Both the position numbers and the translations under genes were made by a program. This document shows, piece by piece, positions 10,502 to 20,335 of a stretch of 32,000 bases of DNA (within the stretch, counting starts at the first letter, position 1; each line of letters opens with the position of its first letter). Under the pieces are notes generated by a model. That model was not told the origin of the DNA. It worked only from the letters and a program-made list of their open reading frames with translations, and did not search any database. Source of the DNA: an uncultured Clostridia bacterium (GTDB lineage: Bacteria > Bacillota > Clostridia > TANB77 > CAG-508); assembly GCA_944390345.1 (NCBI GenBank), contig CALXPP010000009.1, forward strand, positions 7,279 through 39,278, in the 5' to 3' direction.

Positions 10502-12259
10502 ATGGAAAATTTTTTAGATGGAACAGTATGTTTCAAAGATAAATTAGCACCTAGTTATATAAATACTACAAATCCAAGATATATAGAAATAGATAATTAT
10601 TTTTATTCAGGAATATTAATTATAGACTATTATAGAGAATATAATGAAATTATTTTCAGAAATATAATAAATAATAATATTAATATGAGTATGTCTATAT
10701 TTTACGAGAAACAAGATACTTATAAAACGATAAAGAATTTAACATATTTTATAGGAAATGTTGGAGTCGATTTAAAACAGGGAAATCAAAATAGAGAAGA
10801 TATTGATATTGCAGCATTTTCTTACAATGATGCAAAATATATAAGAAAGGAAATTCAAGTAAATAATTCAGATTTGTATTTTTTAAATGTATACATTTTA
10901 ATAGCAGAGGATAGTATACAAAAATTAGAACAGGCATTAAAAAGTGTAGAAGGTATATTACAAGCTTCAGGAATGGTTACAAAAAGAGCAAATTTTAGGC
11001 AGGAACAAGTATTTCTATCTTGTCTTCCTATTATGGAAAATAAAAAAGAAGTAAAAGAAGTTTCTAAAAGAAATGTTTTGACAAATGGATTATTAGGCAC
11101 TTTTCCTTTTATTTCTTCGAATATTTGTGAACAAAATGGAGTTTTTTTAGGAACAAATATATATAATCATTCAATTGTTTTGATGGATAGGTTTAATAGA
11201 GAAAAATATAAAAATGCTAACATGTGTATTTTTGGAACTAGTGGAGCAGGAAAATCTTTTTTTATAAAGTTATTAATAATGAGATATCGAATATTGCAAA
11301 TGGAGCAGTATATAATTGATCCAGAAAGAGAATATGATAAAATTTGCAATTATCTAAAAGGAACTTTAATAAAGATAGGTCCAACATCTGATACATTTAT
11401 TAATGTTTTAGATATTAGAGAAGAAAGCATTGAAGAAGGAAAAGGATATCTTGCAACTAAACTTGGTAAACTAAGAGGATTCTTTAGTCTAGTTTTTGGA
11501 AATATAGAAGAGGAAAAAATGGCAATTTTAGAAGAAAAAATGATACAAGTATATTTAGAAAAAGGAATTACTTTTGAAGATAAATCTTTGTATAAAAAAT
11601 ATAAAAATAAATTTGTTTTTAAAAGCAGTAAAGATATGCCAATATTAGAAGACTTATATAAAAAATTGGATACTAGAGAAACAAGAAATTTACAAACAAA
11701 ATTGTATCCATTTGTTTATGGATCTTTAAAATTTTTAAATAATTATACTAATATAAAAATGGATAATAAATTAATTGTAGCAGATATATATGAACTTGGT
11801 GAAGATAATTTAAAATATGGAATGTTTATATTTATAGATTTATTTTGGGATAAAATAAAAAAGGAAAGAAGCAAAGACAAAGCTATATATTTAGATGAAA
11901 TTTGGAGATTAATAGGCATTACTTCAAATAAAAGTGTTGCAAGTTTTATATATAAGATTTTTAAAACTATTAGAAAATATGGGGGAAGTGCAGTAGCAAT
12001 TACTCAGGATATATCAGATATATTTAGTTTAGAAGATGGAACATATGGAAGAAGTATTTTAAATAATTCAAGTATAAAAGCATTTTTTTCATTAGAAGAA
12101 GAAAACATTTTAGTTCTTAGCAAATTCGCAAATATTTCAGAAAAAGAAAAAATAGAAATAAAAGCTTTAAAAAGAGGAGAAGCTTTAATGTTTATAGGTG
12201 AAGAACATATTTTGGTTAAAATAGAAGCAAATGAATTAGAAAAGCAGGTGATTTTATAG
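10502..12259 (+). CDS. VirB4/TrsE/TcpF-type conjugation ATPase, ATPase portion (585 aa)
   Basis: Walker A GTSGAGKSFF and Walker B AIYLDEIWRL. The combined length with the upstream ORF (188+585 aa) matches single-chain Gram-positive VirB4 proteins. RBS AAGGAG lies 5 nt before ATG 10502. Confidence 0.8.
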   Translation: MENFLDGTVCFKDKLAPSYINTTNPRYIEIDNYFYSGILIIDYYREYNEIIFRNIINNNINMSMSIFYEKQDTYKTIKNLTYFIGNVGVDLKQGNQNREDIDIAAFSYNDAKYIRKEIQVNNSDLYFLNVYILIAEDSIQKLEQALKSVEGILQASGMVTKRANFRQEQVFLSCLPIMENKKEVKEVSKRNVLTNGLLGTFPFISSNICEQNGVFLGTNIYNHSIVLMDRFNREKYKNANMCIFGTSGAGKSFFIKLLIMRYRILQMEQYIIDPEREYDKICNYLKGTLIKIGPTSDTFINVLDIREESIEEGKGYLATKLGKLRGFFSLVFGNIEEEKMAILEEKMIQVYLEKGITFEDKSLYKKYKNKFVFKSSKDMPILEDLYKKLDTRETRNLQTKLYPFVYGSLKFLNNYTNIKMDNKLIVADIYELGEDNLKYGMFIFIDLFWDKIKKERSKDKAIYLDEIWRLIGITSNKSVASFIYKIFKTIRKYGGSAVAITQDISDIFSLEDGTYGRSILNNSSIKAFFSLEEENILVLSKFANISEKEKIEIKALKRGEALMFIGEEHILVKIEANELEKQVIL

Positions 12260-12276
12260 AAAAGAAAGCGATAACT

Positions 12277-13335
12277 ATGATAGAAGATAATGATTATAGA
12301 AAAAAATTAAAAGATATAAATTTTATAAATATTATAGGAAGAGATATTTTATATGTAGAGGCAATAGAAGAATTTTTTAAAGAGTTTAATGATGTAGAAG
12401 TAATATTAATAAAAATGGAATTATTTATAAAGAATGAAAAATATATTTATAATTTAGCAGAAAAATATGCTAATAAAAATTTTTATATCTTATACTCAAA
12501 TACATTAGAGAAGAATAGCAGTATTTTGGAGAATATTTTTTACTATGAACAAGAAGAATTTGTAAAATTAAAAAAGAAAATAGAGAAGGAGGAATTTCAT
12601 AATATGGAGAATACTTTAGAACTTAATAATAGCTTACAAAATAATAGAGAGCAAGATGTAAATTTATCAGAAAAACAAAATAAATTTTTAGAAACAACTT
12701 TTGGAAAAGTTGTAAATTCAGCACTAGATATAGGATTAAGAGCAGTTTTACCAGACATAATAGAAAATGAAGTAATAGACATTAAAGATATTATTTTAGA
12801 AAGTGGATTAAAAACAGGTTTAAAAAGTGTTGTAGATGCTGGATTAAATCTTGGAAAAAGCGCAATAGGAATTTTTACAGGAGAATTTGAAAATATATCA
12901 CAAATTCAAATAGCAGTGAAAAATGGAGGAATAATAGATGGAATCTCTAATTTATTAGACTATTCTATAAAATTTGCAAAAAATAAAGGATTAATTAGTA
13001 TTTCAACAGCTAATTTATTGAAACAAGGGAAAAATACTATACTGAACTCAATAAGTTCAAAGATAGAAGAAGAATTAACAGAGCAATTAAAAGCAGCTGA
13101 AAAATTGCAAGAATACTGTAATAAATGGCAAGAAAATTATGAAAAAGAAGATTTTTCTTCAATGGAATCAAATCTTAAAAATATAGAAAAATATTTAGAA
13201 AAAATTACACCTTTGGAAAATACTATAAAACAGGCTAGAAAGATAGAAAATATACATAATCTTATTAAAAATAATGGAAAGAATTTTAATATATCCGAAA
13301 ATGAAAAAATTTTAGCAGAAAAACTAGCAATATAA
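12277..13335 (+). CDS. Hypothetical protein (352 aa), no TM segments, coiled-coil-like C-terminus; possible T4SS accessory protein
   Basis: A long ORF in AT-rich DNA, co-directional with and 17 nt downstream of the VirB4-like gene. No family recognised. Confidence 0.65.
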   Translation: MIEDNDYRKKLKDINFINIIGRDILYVEAIEEFFKEFNDVEVILIKMELFIKNEKYIYNLAEKYANKNFYILYSNTLEKNSSILENIFYYEQEEFVKLKKKIEKEEFHNMENTLELNNSLQNNREQDVNLSEKQNKFLETTFGKVVNSALDIGLRAVLPDIIENEVIDIKDIILESGLKTGLKSVVDAGLNLGKSAIGIFTGEFENISQIQIAVKNGGIIDGISNLLDYSIKFAKNKGLISISTANLLKQGKNTILNSISSKIEEELTEQLKAAEKLQEYCNKWQENYEKEDFSSMESNLKNIEKYLEKITPLENTIKQARKIENIHNLIKNNGKNFNISENEKILAEKLAI

Positions 13336-13378
13336 GTTGCTAAATTATAGAAAAAAGTGCTTTTTTTGACAAAAATTC

Positions 13379-13407
13379 TTGCTTTTTAGTAGTGATTTTT
13401 ATATAAT
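13379..13407 (+). promoter_or_regulatory. Candidate gyrA promoter
   Basis: TTGCTT 13379-13384, 17-nt spacer, TATAAT 13402-13407. RBS AAGAGG lies before ATG 13445. Confidence 0.45.
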
Positions 13408-13444
13408 ACAAATGTATAAAAGTTATAAGAAAAGAGGTTAACAA

Positions 13445-15880
13445 ATGGAAAGACGAGAAGAAAATATAATCGAAAGAAACATTGAGACTGAAATGAAAAC
13501 AGCCTATATCGATTATGCAATGAGTGTTATTGTATCTCGTGCCTTGCCAGATGCAAGAGATGGTTTAAAACCAGTTCATAGAAGAATTTTGTATGCAATG
13601 CATGAAGATGGAATTACATCAGATAAACCTTACAGAAAATGTGCTAATACAGTTGGTTCTGTTTTAGGAAGATATCATCCACATGGAGATTCATCTGTTT
13701 ATGATGCTATGGTAAGATTAGCACAAGATTTTTCAATGAGATATATGTTAATTGATGGACATGGAAATTTTGGTTCTATTGATGGTGATGGAGCAGCGGC
13801 CATGAGGTATACTGAGGCTAGAATGTCTAAAATTTCTGAGCAAATGCTAGTTGATATAGATAAAAATACTGTTGATTTTATGCCAAACTATGATGATAGA
13901 TTACAAGAGCCAACAGTACTTCCAACAAGGATACCAACACTACTAATAAATGGATCATCTGGTATTGCTGTAGGTATGGCAACTAATATACCACCACATA
14001 ATTTAACAGAAGTAATAAATGGTATTATAAAAGTTATTGAAAATCCAGAAGTAACAGATGATGAATTAATGCAGATTATAAAAGGACCAGATTTTCCTAC
14101 TGGTGCAATGATTATGGGAAGAGAGGGGATTAGACAGGCATATACTACAGGAAGAGGAAAGATAATAATAAGAGGTGAAACAGAAATTGAGGAAATGTCT
14201 GGAAATAAACAAAGAATAATCATTTCTTCACTTCCATATCAAGTAAATAAAGCAAAATTAATAGAGAATATAGCAAATTTAGTAAAAGATAAAAAAGTAG
14301 AAGGTATTTCAGAAATAAGAGACGAATCAGATAGAAAAGATAAGGTTCGTGTAGTTATTGAGCTAAAAAGAGATGCAAGACCACAAGTAATTTTAAATCA
14401 ATTATATAAACATACACAATTACAAGATTCTTTTGGAATAATAATGCTTGCATTAGTAAATGGAGAACCAAAAATTTTAACTTTGAGACAATGCTTAGAT
14501 GTATTTATAAATCATAGAAAAGAAGTTATTGTTAGAAGAACAAAATTTGAACTTGCAAAAGCAGAAGCAAGAGCTCATATTTTGGAAGGTTTAAAAATAG
14601 CTATTGATAATATTGATGAAGTAATTAATATTATTCGTTCTTCTTATGATGATGCAAAAGAAAGATTAATGAAGCGTTTTGGATTATCAGATATTCAAGC
14701 GCAAGCAATATTAGATATGCAATTAAAAAGACTATCTGGTTTGCAAAGAGAAAAAATAGAAGAAGAATATAATGAATTAATGAAATTAATTGCTTACTAT
14801 AAAGAAGTTTTAAGTAATGAAAAATTAGTTTATGATATAGTTGAAAAAGAGCTATTAGAAGTAAAAGAAAAATTTGGAGATGAAAGACTAACAAAAATTA
14901 CTGCAGCAGAAGGTGAATTTGATGAAGAGGACTTAATTAAAGAAGAACAAGTAGTTGTTGCATTAACACATTTTGGTTATATAAAAAGAATGCCAGTAGA
15001 TACTTATAAAAGCCAAAGAAGAGGTGGAAAAGGAATTACAGGAATTTCTACAAGGGAAGATGATTTTGTAAAAGAAATTTTTACAGCTTCTACTCATGAT
15101 ACAATTTTGTTCTTTACTAATAAAGGAAAAATGTATAGACTAAGAGGATTTGAAATTCCAGAAGCAGGAAGAACAGCTAGAGGAACAGCTATTGTAAATT
15201 TACTTAATTTAGATGCCGGTGAAAAAGTTTCTGCAGTTATTCCAATTCAAAATTATGCTGAAGGCAAATATATCTTAATGTCAACTAAAAATGGATTAAT
15301 AAAGAAAACAGCATTAAAAGAATATGATTCAAGTAGGACAACTGGTTTAATAGGTATAACATTAAAAGAAGATGACGAATTAATAGATGTTCGTTTAACA
15401 GATGGACAAGATAATGTTGTTTTAGTAACTAAAAAAGGATTATGTATTACTTTTGATGAAAAAGATGTAAGACCAGTAGGAAGAACAGCACAAGGTGTTA
15501 TAGGAATTCGTTTAGATGATGGAGATAGAGTAATTGGAATGGAACCAATAATTCATGGTGTTAAGGCTACTTTACTTGCAATTACTGAAAATGGTTTTGG
15601 AAAAAGAACAGAGTTAGAAGAATATAGAGTACAAAATAGAGGTGGCAGAGGTGTAATTACTTATAAAATTACACCGAAAACAGGAGATATTGTAGGAATA
15701 AGAGTTGTAAGTGGGGCTGAAGATGTAATGTTAATTACAGACACAGGCACAATTATAAGAATGAGTGTAGATGAAATTAGTATATTAGGAAGAGCAACAC
15801 AGGGCGTTACTTTAATGAGAACAAATGAAGGAAAAGTAGTTAGTATAGAAACTGTTGAAGCAGAAGAAGATGAAAATTAA
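13445..15880 (+). CDS. gyrA: DNA gyrase subunit A
   Basis: 811 aa. N-terminal motifs [27 protein letters not shown] and [10 protein letters not shown] (QRDR region), active-site AAMRYTE, and a C-terminal beta-pinwheel repeat region. Confidence 0.98.
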   Translation: MERREENIIERNIETEMKTAYIDYAMSVIVSRALPDARDGLKPVHRRILYAMHEDGITSDKPYRKCANTVGSVLGRYHPHGDSSVYDAMVRLAQDFSMRYMLIDGHGNFGSIDGDGAAAMRYTEARMSKISEQMLVDIDKNTVDFMPNYDDRLQEPTVLPTRIPTLLINGSSGIAVGMATNIPPHNLTEVINGIIKVIENPEVTDDELMQIIKGPDFPTGAMIMGREGIRQAYTTGRGKIIIRGETEIEEMSGNKQRIIISSLPYQVNKAKLIENIANLVKDKKVEGISEIRDESDRKDKVRVVIELKRDARPQVILNQLYKHTQLQDSFGIIMLALVNGEPKILTLRQCLDVFINHRKEVIVRRTKFELAKAEARAHILEGLKIAIDNIDEVINIIRSSYDDAKERLMKRFGLSDIQAQAILDMQLKRLSGLQREKIEEEYNELMKLIAYYKEVLSNEKLVYDIVEKELLEVKEKFGDERLTKITAAEGEFDEEDLIKEEQVVVALTHFGYIKRMPVDTYKSQRRGGKGITGISTREDDFVKEIFTASTHDTILFFTNKGKMYRLRGFEIPEAGRTARGTAIVNLLNLDAGEKVSAVIPIQNYAEGKYILMSTKNGLIKKTALKEYDSSRTTGLIGITLKEDDELIDVRLTDGQDNVVLVTKKGLCITFDEKDVRPVGRTAQGVIGIRLDDGDRVIGMEPIIHGVKATLLAITENGFGKRTELEEYRVQNRGGRGVITYKITPKTGDIVGIRVVSGAEDVMLITDTGTIIRMSVDEISILGRATQGVTLMRTNEGKVVSIETVEAEEDEN

Positions 15881-15883
15881 AAC

Positions 15884-15916
15884 AAAAAAGATGCTTAAAT
15901 TTAAGCATCTTTTTTA
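15884..15916. terminator. Bidirectional terminator between convergent gyrA and the dnaI-like gene
   Basis: Palindrome AGATGCTTAA-AT-TTAAGCATCT (15889-15910), flanked by an A-run and a T-run. It overlaps the stop of the minus-strand gene. Confidence 0.7.
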
Positions 15917-16923
15917 CATTTTTTATATCTTAAATCATCTCCAAAGAATCTTAAAAATCTATAACTACCAACAAGTCTTGATCCAATTCTAGTAGAATAA
16001 GTTTCAAATAACTGATCTATTGTTAGATTTGTAGAAATAATTGTTTTAGTTATTTTATGATTTTGATTTAATAAACGAGTATTTATTATAGTAAAAAGTT
16101 CACTAGCTTTTAGATGATTTAAATTTTCTGTGCCCAAATCATCTATTACTAATAAGTCTGCTGTTAAAATATTATCTATTAAATCAAACTTTGCGTTTTC
16201 TTTGCCAAACTTTACATCTATTATATTATCTAGCATAACAGGAGCTGTTTGATATAAAACATTTTTACCTTGTTTTAGTATTTCATTTGCAATACAATTT
16301 GTCAAAAATGTTTTTCCACTACCTGTAGTACCAGTAAATAATAAATTTTTTTCATTTGGATCTTCAAAATTATTAATAAAATTTTCAGATTTTTCTTTTA
16401 GTAGCAGTATATTTTCTCTAGGAGATATTTCAGACTTATAAAGTTCTTTGTTTGCTTTATCAGAAAATAAACGAGAATTAAAAGTTGAAAAATTTTCTCT
16501 CTCTAAGTTTCCGATGTTTGATTTATTATAAGCAATATCGTAAATTTTTTGTTTTAAACAATTACACATAGTAGATACACCATTTTTTTCTATATAACCT
16601 GTATCTTTACACAGTTTGCATTCAAAATGTGGATTAAGATATGAAGAATCTTTAGATAATTGTTTTAAAAAAGCTGTTTTTTCTTTTAGAAGTGCATTTG
16701 TTTGTTTTTTTAAATTTTGAAGTAATTTTTGCTTTTCTTTAGGTTCAGATATAAGTATGGATTTTGCCGCTTGTATAGATATATTAGATAATTGCTTTTC
16801 TATCTCGGATAATTTTGGATTTACTTCTAATAACTCTTTTTTTCTTTGTTCTGCTTCTAAAATAGCTTTAGTTCTTTTTTGATCATATTCATTTAAGATT
16901 TGTTTTAAAAGAGAGTTGTTCAT
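15901..16923 (-). CDS. DnaC/DnaI-family helicase-loader ATPase
   Basis: 340 aa. Zinc-ribbon-like CKLCKDTGY...CNC, Walker A GTTGSGKTFL, Walker B LLVIDDLG (IstB/DnaC-like AAA+). Paired with a DnaD-domain gene upstream. Confidence 0.85.
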   Translation of the reverse strand: MNNSLLKQILNEYDQKRTKAILEAEQRKKELLEVNPKLSEIEKQLSNISIQAAKSILISEPKEKQKLLQNLKKQTNALLKEKTAFLKQLSKDSSYLNPHFECKLCKDTGYIEKNGVSTMCNCLKQKIYDIAYNKSNIGNLERENFSTFNSRLFSDKANKELYKSEISPRENILLLKEKSENFINNFEDPNEKNLLFTGTTGSGKTFLTNCIANEILKQGKNVLYQTAPVMLDNIIDVKFGKENAKFDLIDNILTADLLVIDDLGTENLNHLKASELFTIINTRLLNQNHKITKTIISTNLTIDQLFETYSTRIGSRLVGSYRFLRFFGDDLRYKKCKKDA

Positions 16924-16973
16924 AAAAGTACCTCTTATAGTATTTAGGTTTGCGATACCTATAAACGATTAAA

Positions 16974-17933
16974 TTAGTTATCATAAAGCGATTCAAGATT
17001 ATCAAATGTACTTTGAGTATAATTATAATTTAAAGTTTTCTTTTCAATTTGCTTTATTCTTTTATCTTTTTCTTTTATTGAAGTAACATAAGCTTGAACT
17101 TCATTGACAGTTGATAGACCTTTTGAATGCCAGTCTGAAATAACTTTATCAAAATAATCAAAACTTATAGTGTTCATAGAAGAAGATTTTTTTAAAGCAA
17201 TTTCAATAATAGACATATCATATTTATACTCTTGAGTCCATTTAATTATGTACTCTTCTTCATAAGTAGTTAAATTTCTCGTAATACCTAGTTTTTTTGC
17301 AATAGATTTTTTTATTTTATTTAATTTATCTCTTTTTTCTTCATAAGCTTCCAAATCATCAAAAGTTACTATATTGTTTTTACTCCACGCTTCAGCAACT
17401 GTTTGAATATATCCTCGATTTAAAGCTCTATTTTCATAAGCATAGCTAAATAATGCAAGCATTACTTGCTCTGTAAAATTATATTTATTAAACCATAATT
17501 CTATATCACCATACCAAGAAGGAGACATAACTCCTTGAAAAAACAATTCATTTATATTTTCTATTGCTTTAGCTCTTTCTTGATTTATAGCTGTTTTTTG
17601 TAAATCTTCTGGAGAAGAAGTTACTTTTGGTGAATATAATTTAGATAATTCAATTTCCTGAATATTTGCAACACTATATCCTGTAGGCAATTTAATTAAA
17701 AGCTTTTGATCTTCTAAATACTTTAAAGCATCTTGAACAGTTGGAAATGGTATAGCAAGAGTTTTAGATAAATCATTTATTTTTACATCTTTATTAAATT
17801 TAGACATAAAAAGTATATAAAAATAAACCTTTATGAAATCACCATTCATAGAAGGCAAATACTCTGTAAAAAATACATCTGGAATCTCTGTACTAGAAAA
17901 TAAGAGAGATTTATCATTTTGCTCTAATTTCAT
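16974..17933 (-). CDS. DnaD-domain replication initiation protein (Firmicute DnaB/DnaD type)
   Basis: 319 aa with two DnaD-like C-terminal repeats (YIQTVAEAWSKNNIVTFDDL and YFDKVISDWHSKGLSTVNEV). Sits immediately upstream of the helicase loader. Confidence 0.8.
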   Translation of the reverse strand: MKLEQNDKSLLFSSTEIPDVFFTEYLPSMNGDFIKVYFYILFMSKFNKDVKINDLSKTLAIPFPTVQDALKYLEDQKLLIKLPTGYSVANIQEIELSKLYSPKVTSSPEDLQKTAINQERAKAIENINELFFQGVMSPSWYGDIELWFNKYNFTEQVMLALFSYAYENRALNRGYIQTVAEAWSKNNIVTFDDLEAYEEKRDKLNKIKKSIAKKLGITRNLTTYEEEYIIKWTQEYKYDMSIIEIALKKSSSMNTISFDYFDKVISDWHSKGLSTVNEVQAYVTSIKEKDKRIKQIEKKTLNYNYTQSTFDNLESLYDN

Positions 17934-18114
17934 TATAAAAACCCCTTTATAAAAATCCCTTACTAATTGAATTATTATCTTTTGTACAGTAATTGAATTA
18001 TATCATCTAAGAAATATAAATACAATATGCAAAATAAATTTCGCCTTTTAAACAAAAATCTATACAGATAAATATTTTTTTGATATAATAAAAAAATAAA
18101 AGATAGGTGAGATT

Positions 18115-19080
18115 ATGAAAAAAAGATATGTAATAATATTTGGAATAATACTTTTAAGTTTAATACCAATATTACTATTTATAAATGTAGAGATTTTAAA
18201 AGGATATTTATTATTAATTTTTTTAATTGCTTTAATAATAATAAGTTTATTTTTTATTATAGATATTCAAGCTATAGCACCAAATGAAGTTAAAGATAGA
18301 CATACTGTAATAGAAATGCAGTATCATAATAGAAAAATTTTTATTTTAAAGCCAAAAAGTGAGCTTGTTTCAAATAATATTATTCTTTATTTACATGGTG
18401 GCTCTTATGTAGTAGAGACTTCATATAAACATTGGAAATTTCTTGAAGATATTGTGGCTGATACGGGAATGACTTTAATTCTACCAGATTATCCTTTAAC
18501 TCCTAAGCATACTTATAAAGATGTTTTTGAAATGATAGAACCTTTATATAAAGATATTTTAAAAAATATAGGAGATAAAAACTTAATTTTAATGGGAGAC
18601 TCTGCTGGTGGAGGAATGGCTTTGGGTTTATTAGAAAAGATAACTAGTAAAAAAGAAAAGACACCTATAAAAACAATATTATTATCTCCATGGTTAGATG
18701 TAAGTTTAACTAATCCAAAAATAACTAAAGAATTACAAGCTAAAGATCCTACTCTAATTAAAGATGTGTTAAAACTTGCAGGAAAAGCTTATGCTGGGCA
18801 AGATGGAATGGAAAATTACTTAGTAAATCCAATAATTGGTCCAATTAAAAATATAAGAAATCTTACAATATATACAGGAACTTATGATATATTAAATCCA
18901 GATGCACATAAATTTTTAGAAAGAGCTAAAAAGGAAAATGTAGAAATAGATTTTAGAGAAACAAAAAAAGCAATTCATATATGGATGACTTATAGAGATA
19001 AAAAAGAATATGCTTCTGAAGAGACTTATCAAGATATTTTAAATTTATTAAAGGAAGTGAACGAGAAAAGTGAAGCTTAA
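18115..19080 (+). CDS. Membrane-anchored alpha/beta hydrolase (HSL/family IV esterase-lipase type)
   Basis: N-terminal TM helices, HGG oxyanion motif (LHGGSY) and GDSAGG nucleophile elbow. Confidence 0.85.
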   Translation: MKKRYVIIFGIILLSLIPILLFINVEILKGYLLLIFLIALIIISLFFIIDIQAIAPNEVKDRHTVIEMQYHNRKIFILKPKSELVSNNIILYLHGGSYVVETSYKHWKFLEDIVADTGMTLILPDYPLTPKHTYKDVFEMIEPLYKDILKNIGDKNLILMGDSAGGGMALGLLEKITSKKEKTPIKTILLSPWLDVSLTNPKITKELQAKDPTLIKDVLKLAGKAYAGQDGMENYLVNPIIGPIKNIRNLTIYTGTYDILNPDAHKFLERAKKENVEIDFRETKKAIHIWMTYRDKKEYASEETYQDILNLLKEVNEKSEA

Positions 19081-20335
19081 AAGAAAAGAAGATTTATCAT
19101 GGAGAAGATTAGATAATTATGCTAAATTATTTCCATTAGCTTCTACAAAAAAGTACAGTTCTGTTTTTAGAATATCAATTACATTGAAAGAGAAAATAGA
19201 GCCACAAATTTTAGAAAAGTCAGTAAAAAAAGCTTTAGAAAAATTTAAACTTTTTAAAGTTAGAATGAGAAGAGGATTATTTTGGTACTATTTTGAGACA
19301 AATACAAAAACAGTGCCGATAGAAGAAGAACATGATTATCCTTGTAAATATATTGATTTGCCAGCAAATAACGATTATCTTTTTAAAATTACATATTTTG
19401 AAAATAAGATTAATTTAGATATATTTCATTGCTTAACTGATGGAAATAATGCTTTACATTTTTTAAAAGAAATAACTTATAATTATATAGATATAGTACA
19501 TTTTAATAATACAATGAAATGCAATACTCAAGAGAGAAAAATTAATTATAATTCTGTTGATAGTTATTCTCAAAATTTTAATAAAAAACTAAAAGGAGAA
19601 GGAAAAGGAGAGAAGGCTTATATATTAACTGGTAGAAATTTAGTACCAGGAATTATTAGAGTAACACACGAATATATAGAAATGGATAAGCTAAAGAAAA
19701 TTGCAAAAGAGAAAAACTCTACTATAACTCAATATTTAACAGCTGTATTGGTATATGCTATTTATAAAGAACAACAAAAGAGCAACAAAATAAATAGACC
19801 AATAAAAATTAGTGTACCTGTAAATTTAAAAAAATATTTTCCTTCTAAAACAATATCTAATTTTTTCTCTTATATAGATGTAAATATATACGCAAATAGA
19901 GAAAGGGACTTTAATAACATATTAGAAGCAGTAAAGCGTGAATTTAACCTTAAATTACAGAAAGAAGAATTATTAAAAACAATAGCTACAAATATAAAAT
20001 TAAGTAGAAACCCATTTTTAAGAATAGTGCCACTATTTATAAAAAAGAAGGTAGTAGAAATAGCTTACAAAGAGAGAAGAAAGTATAATACAACTACTTT
20101 ATCAAGTATAGGTAGAATAGGATTTTTAGCAGAATATAAAAAATTTATAGATAAAGTTTATTTTTTAATAGCACCAGAAACAATAGAAAAAATAAAGTGT
20201 ACAGCTTGCACAGTAGATAATACAATTATTTTTACGATAACTTCTGTTATAGAAAATACAAATGTTGAAACAAATATAAAACAATTTTTAGAAGAAAAAG
20301 GTATTAAAGTAATAATAGAAGGGAATGGTATTTAA
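19070..20335 (+). CDS. HxxxD-motif acyltransferase (condensation-domain / alcohol acetyltransferase-like)
   Basis: 421 aa with HCLTDG (HxxxDG catalytic motif). GTG start overlaps the hydrolase stop by 11 nt. Confidence 0.7.
   Translation: MKLKRKEDLSWRRLDNYAKLFPLASTKKYSSVFRISITLKEKIEPQILEKSVKKALEKFKLFKVRMRRGLFWYYFETNTKTVPIEEEHDYPCKYIDLPANNDYLFKITYFENKINLDIFHCLTDGNNALHFLKEITYNYIDIVHFNNTMKCNTQERKINYNSVDSYSQNFNKKLKGEGKGEKAYILTGRNLVPGIIRVTHEYIEMDKLKKIAKEKNSTITQYLTAVLVYAIYKEQQKSNKINRPIKISVPVNLKKYFPSKTISNFFSYIDVNIYANRERDFNNILEAVKREFNLKLQKEELLKTIATNIKLSRNPFLRIVPLFIKKKVVEIAYKERRKYNTTTLSSIGRIGFLAEYKKFIDKVYFLIAPETIEKIKCTACTVDNTIIFTITSVIENTNVETNIKQFLEEKGIKVIIEGNGI

Noticed and set aside
10749-14894. Minus-strand ORFs inside the VirB4-like gene, the 352-aa gene and gyrA (10749-10937, 10855-11100, 11167-11349, 12597-12782, 13888-14223, 14631-14894)
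   Set aside because: They are antisense to long, motif-supported genes, with compositionally biased translations.
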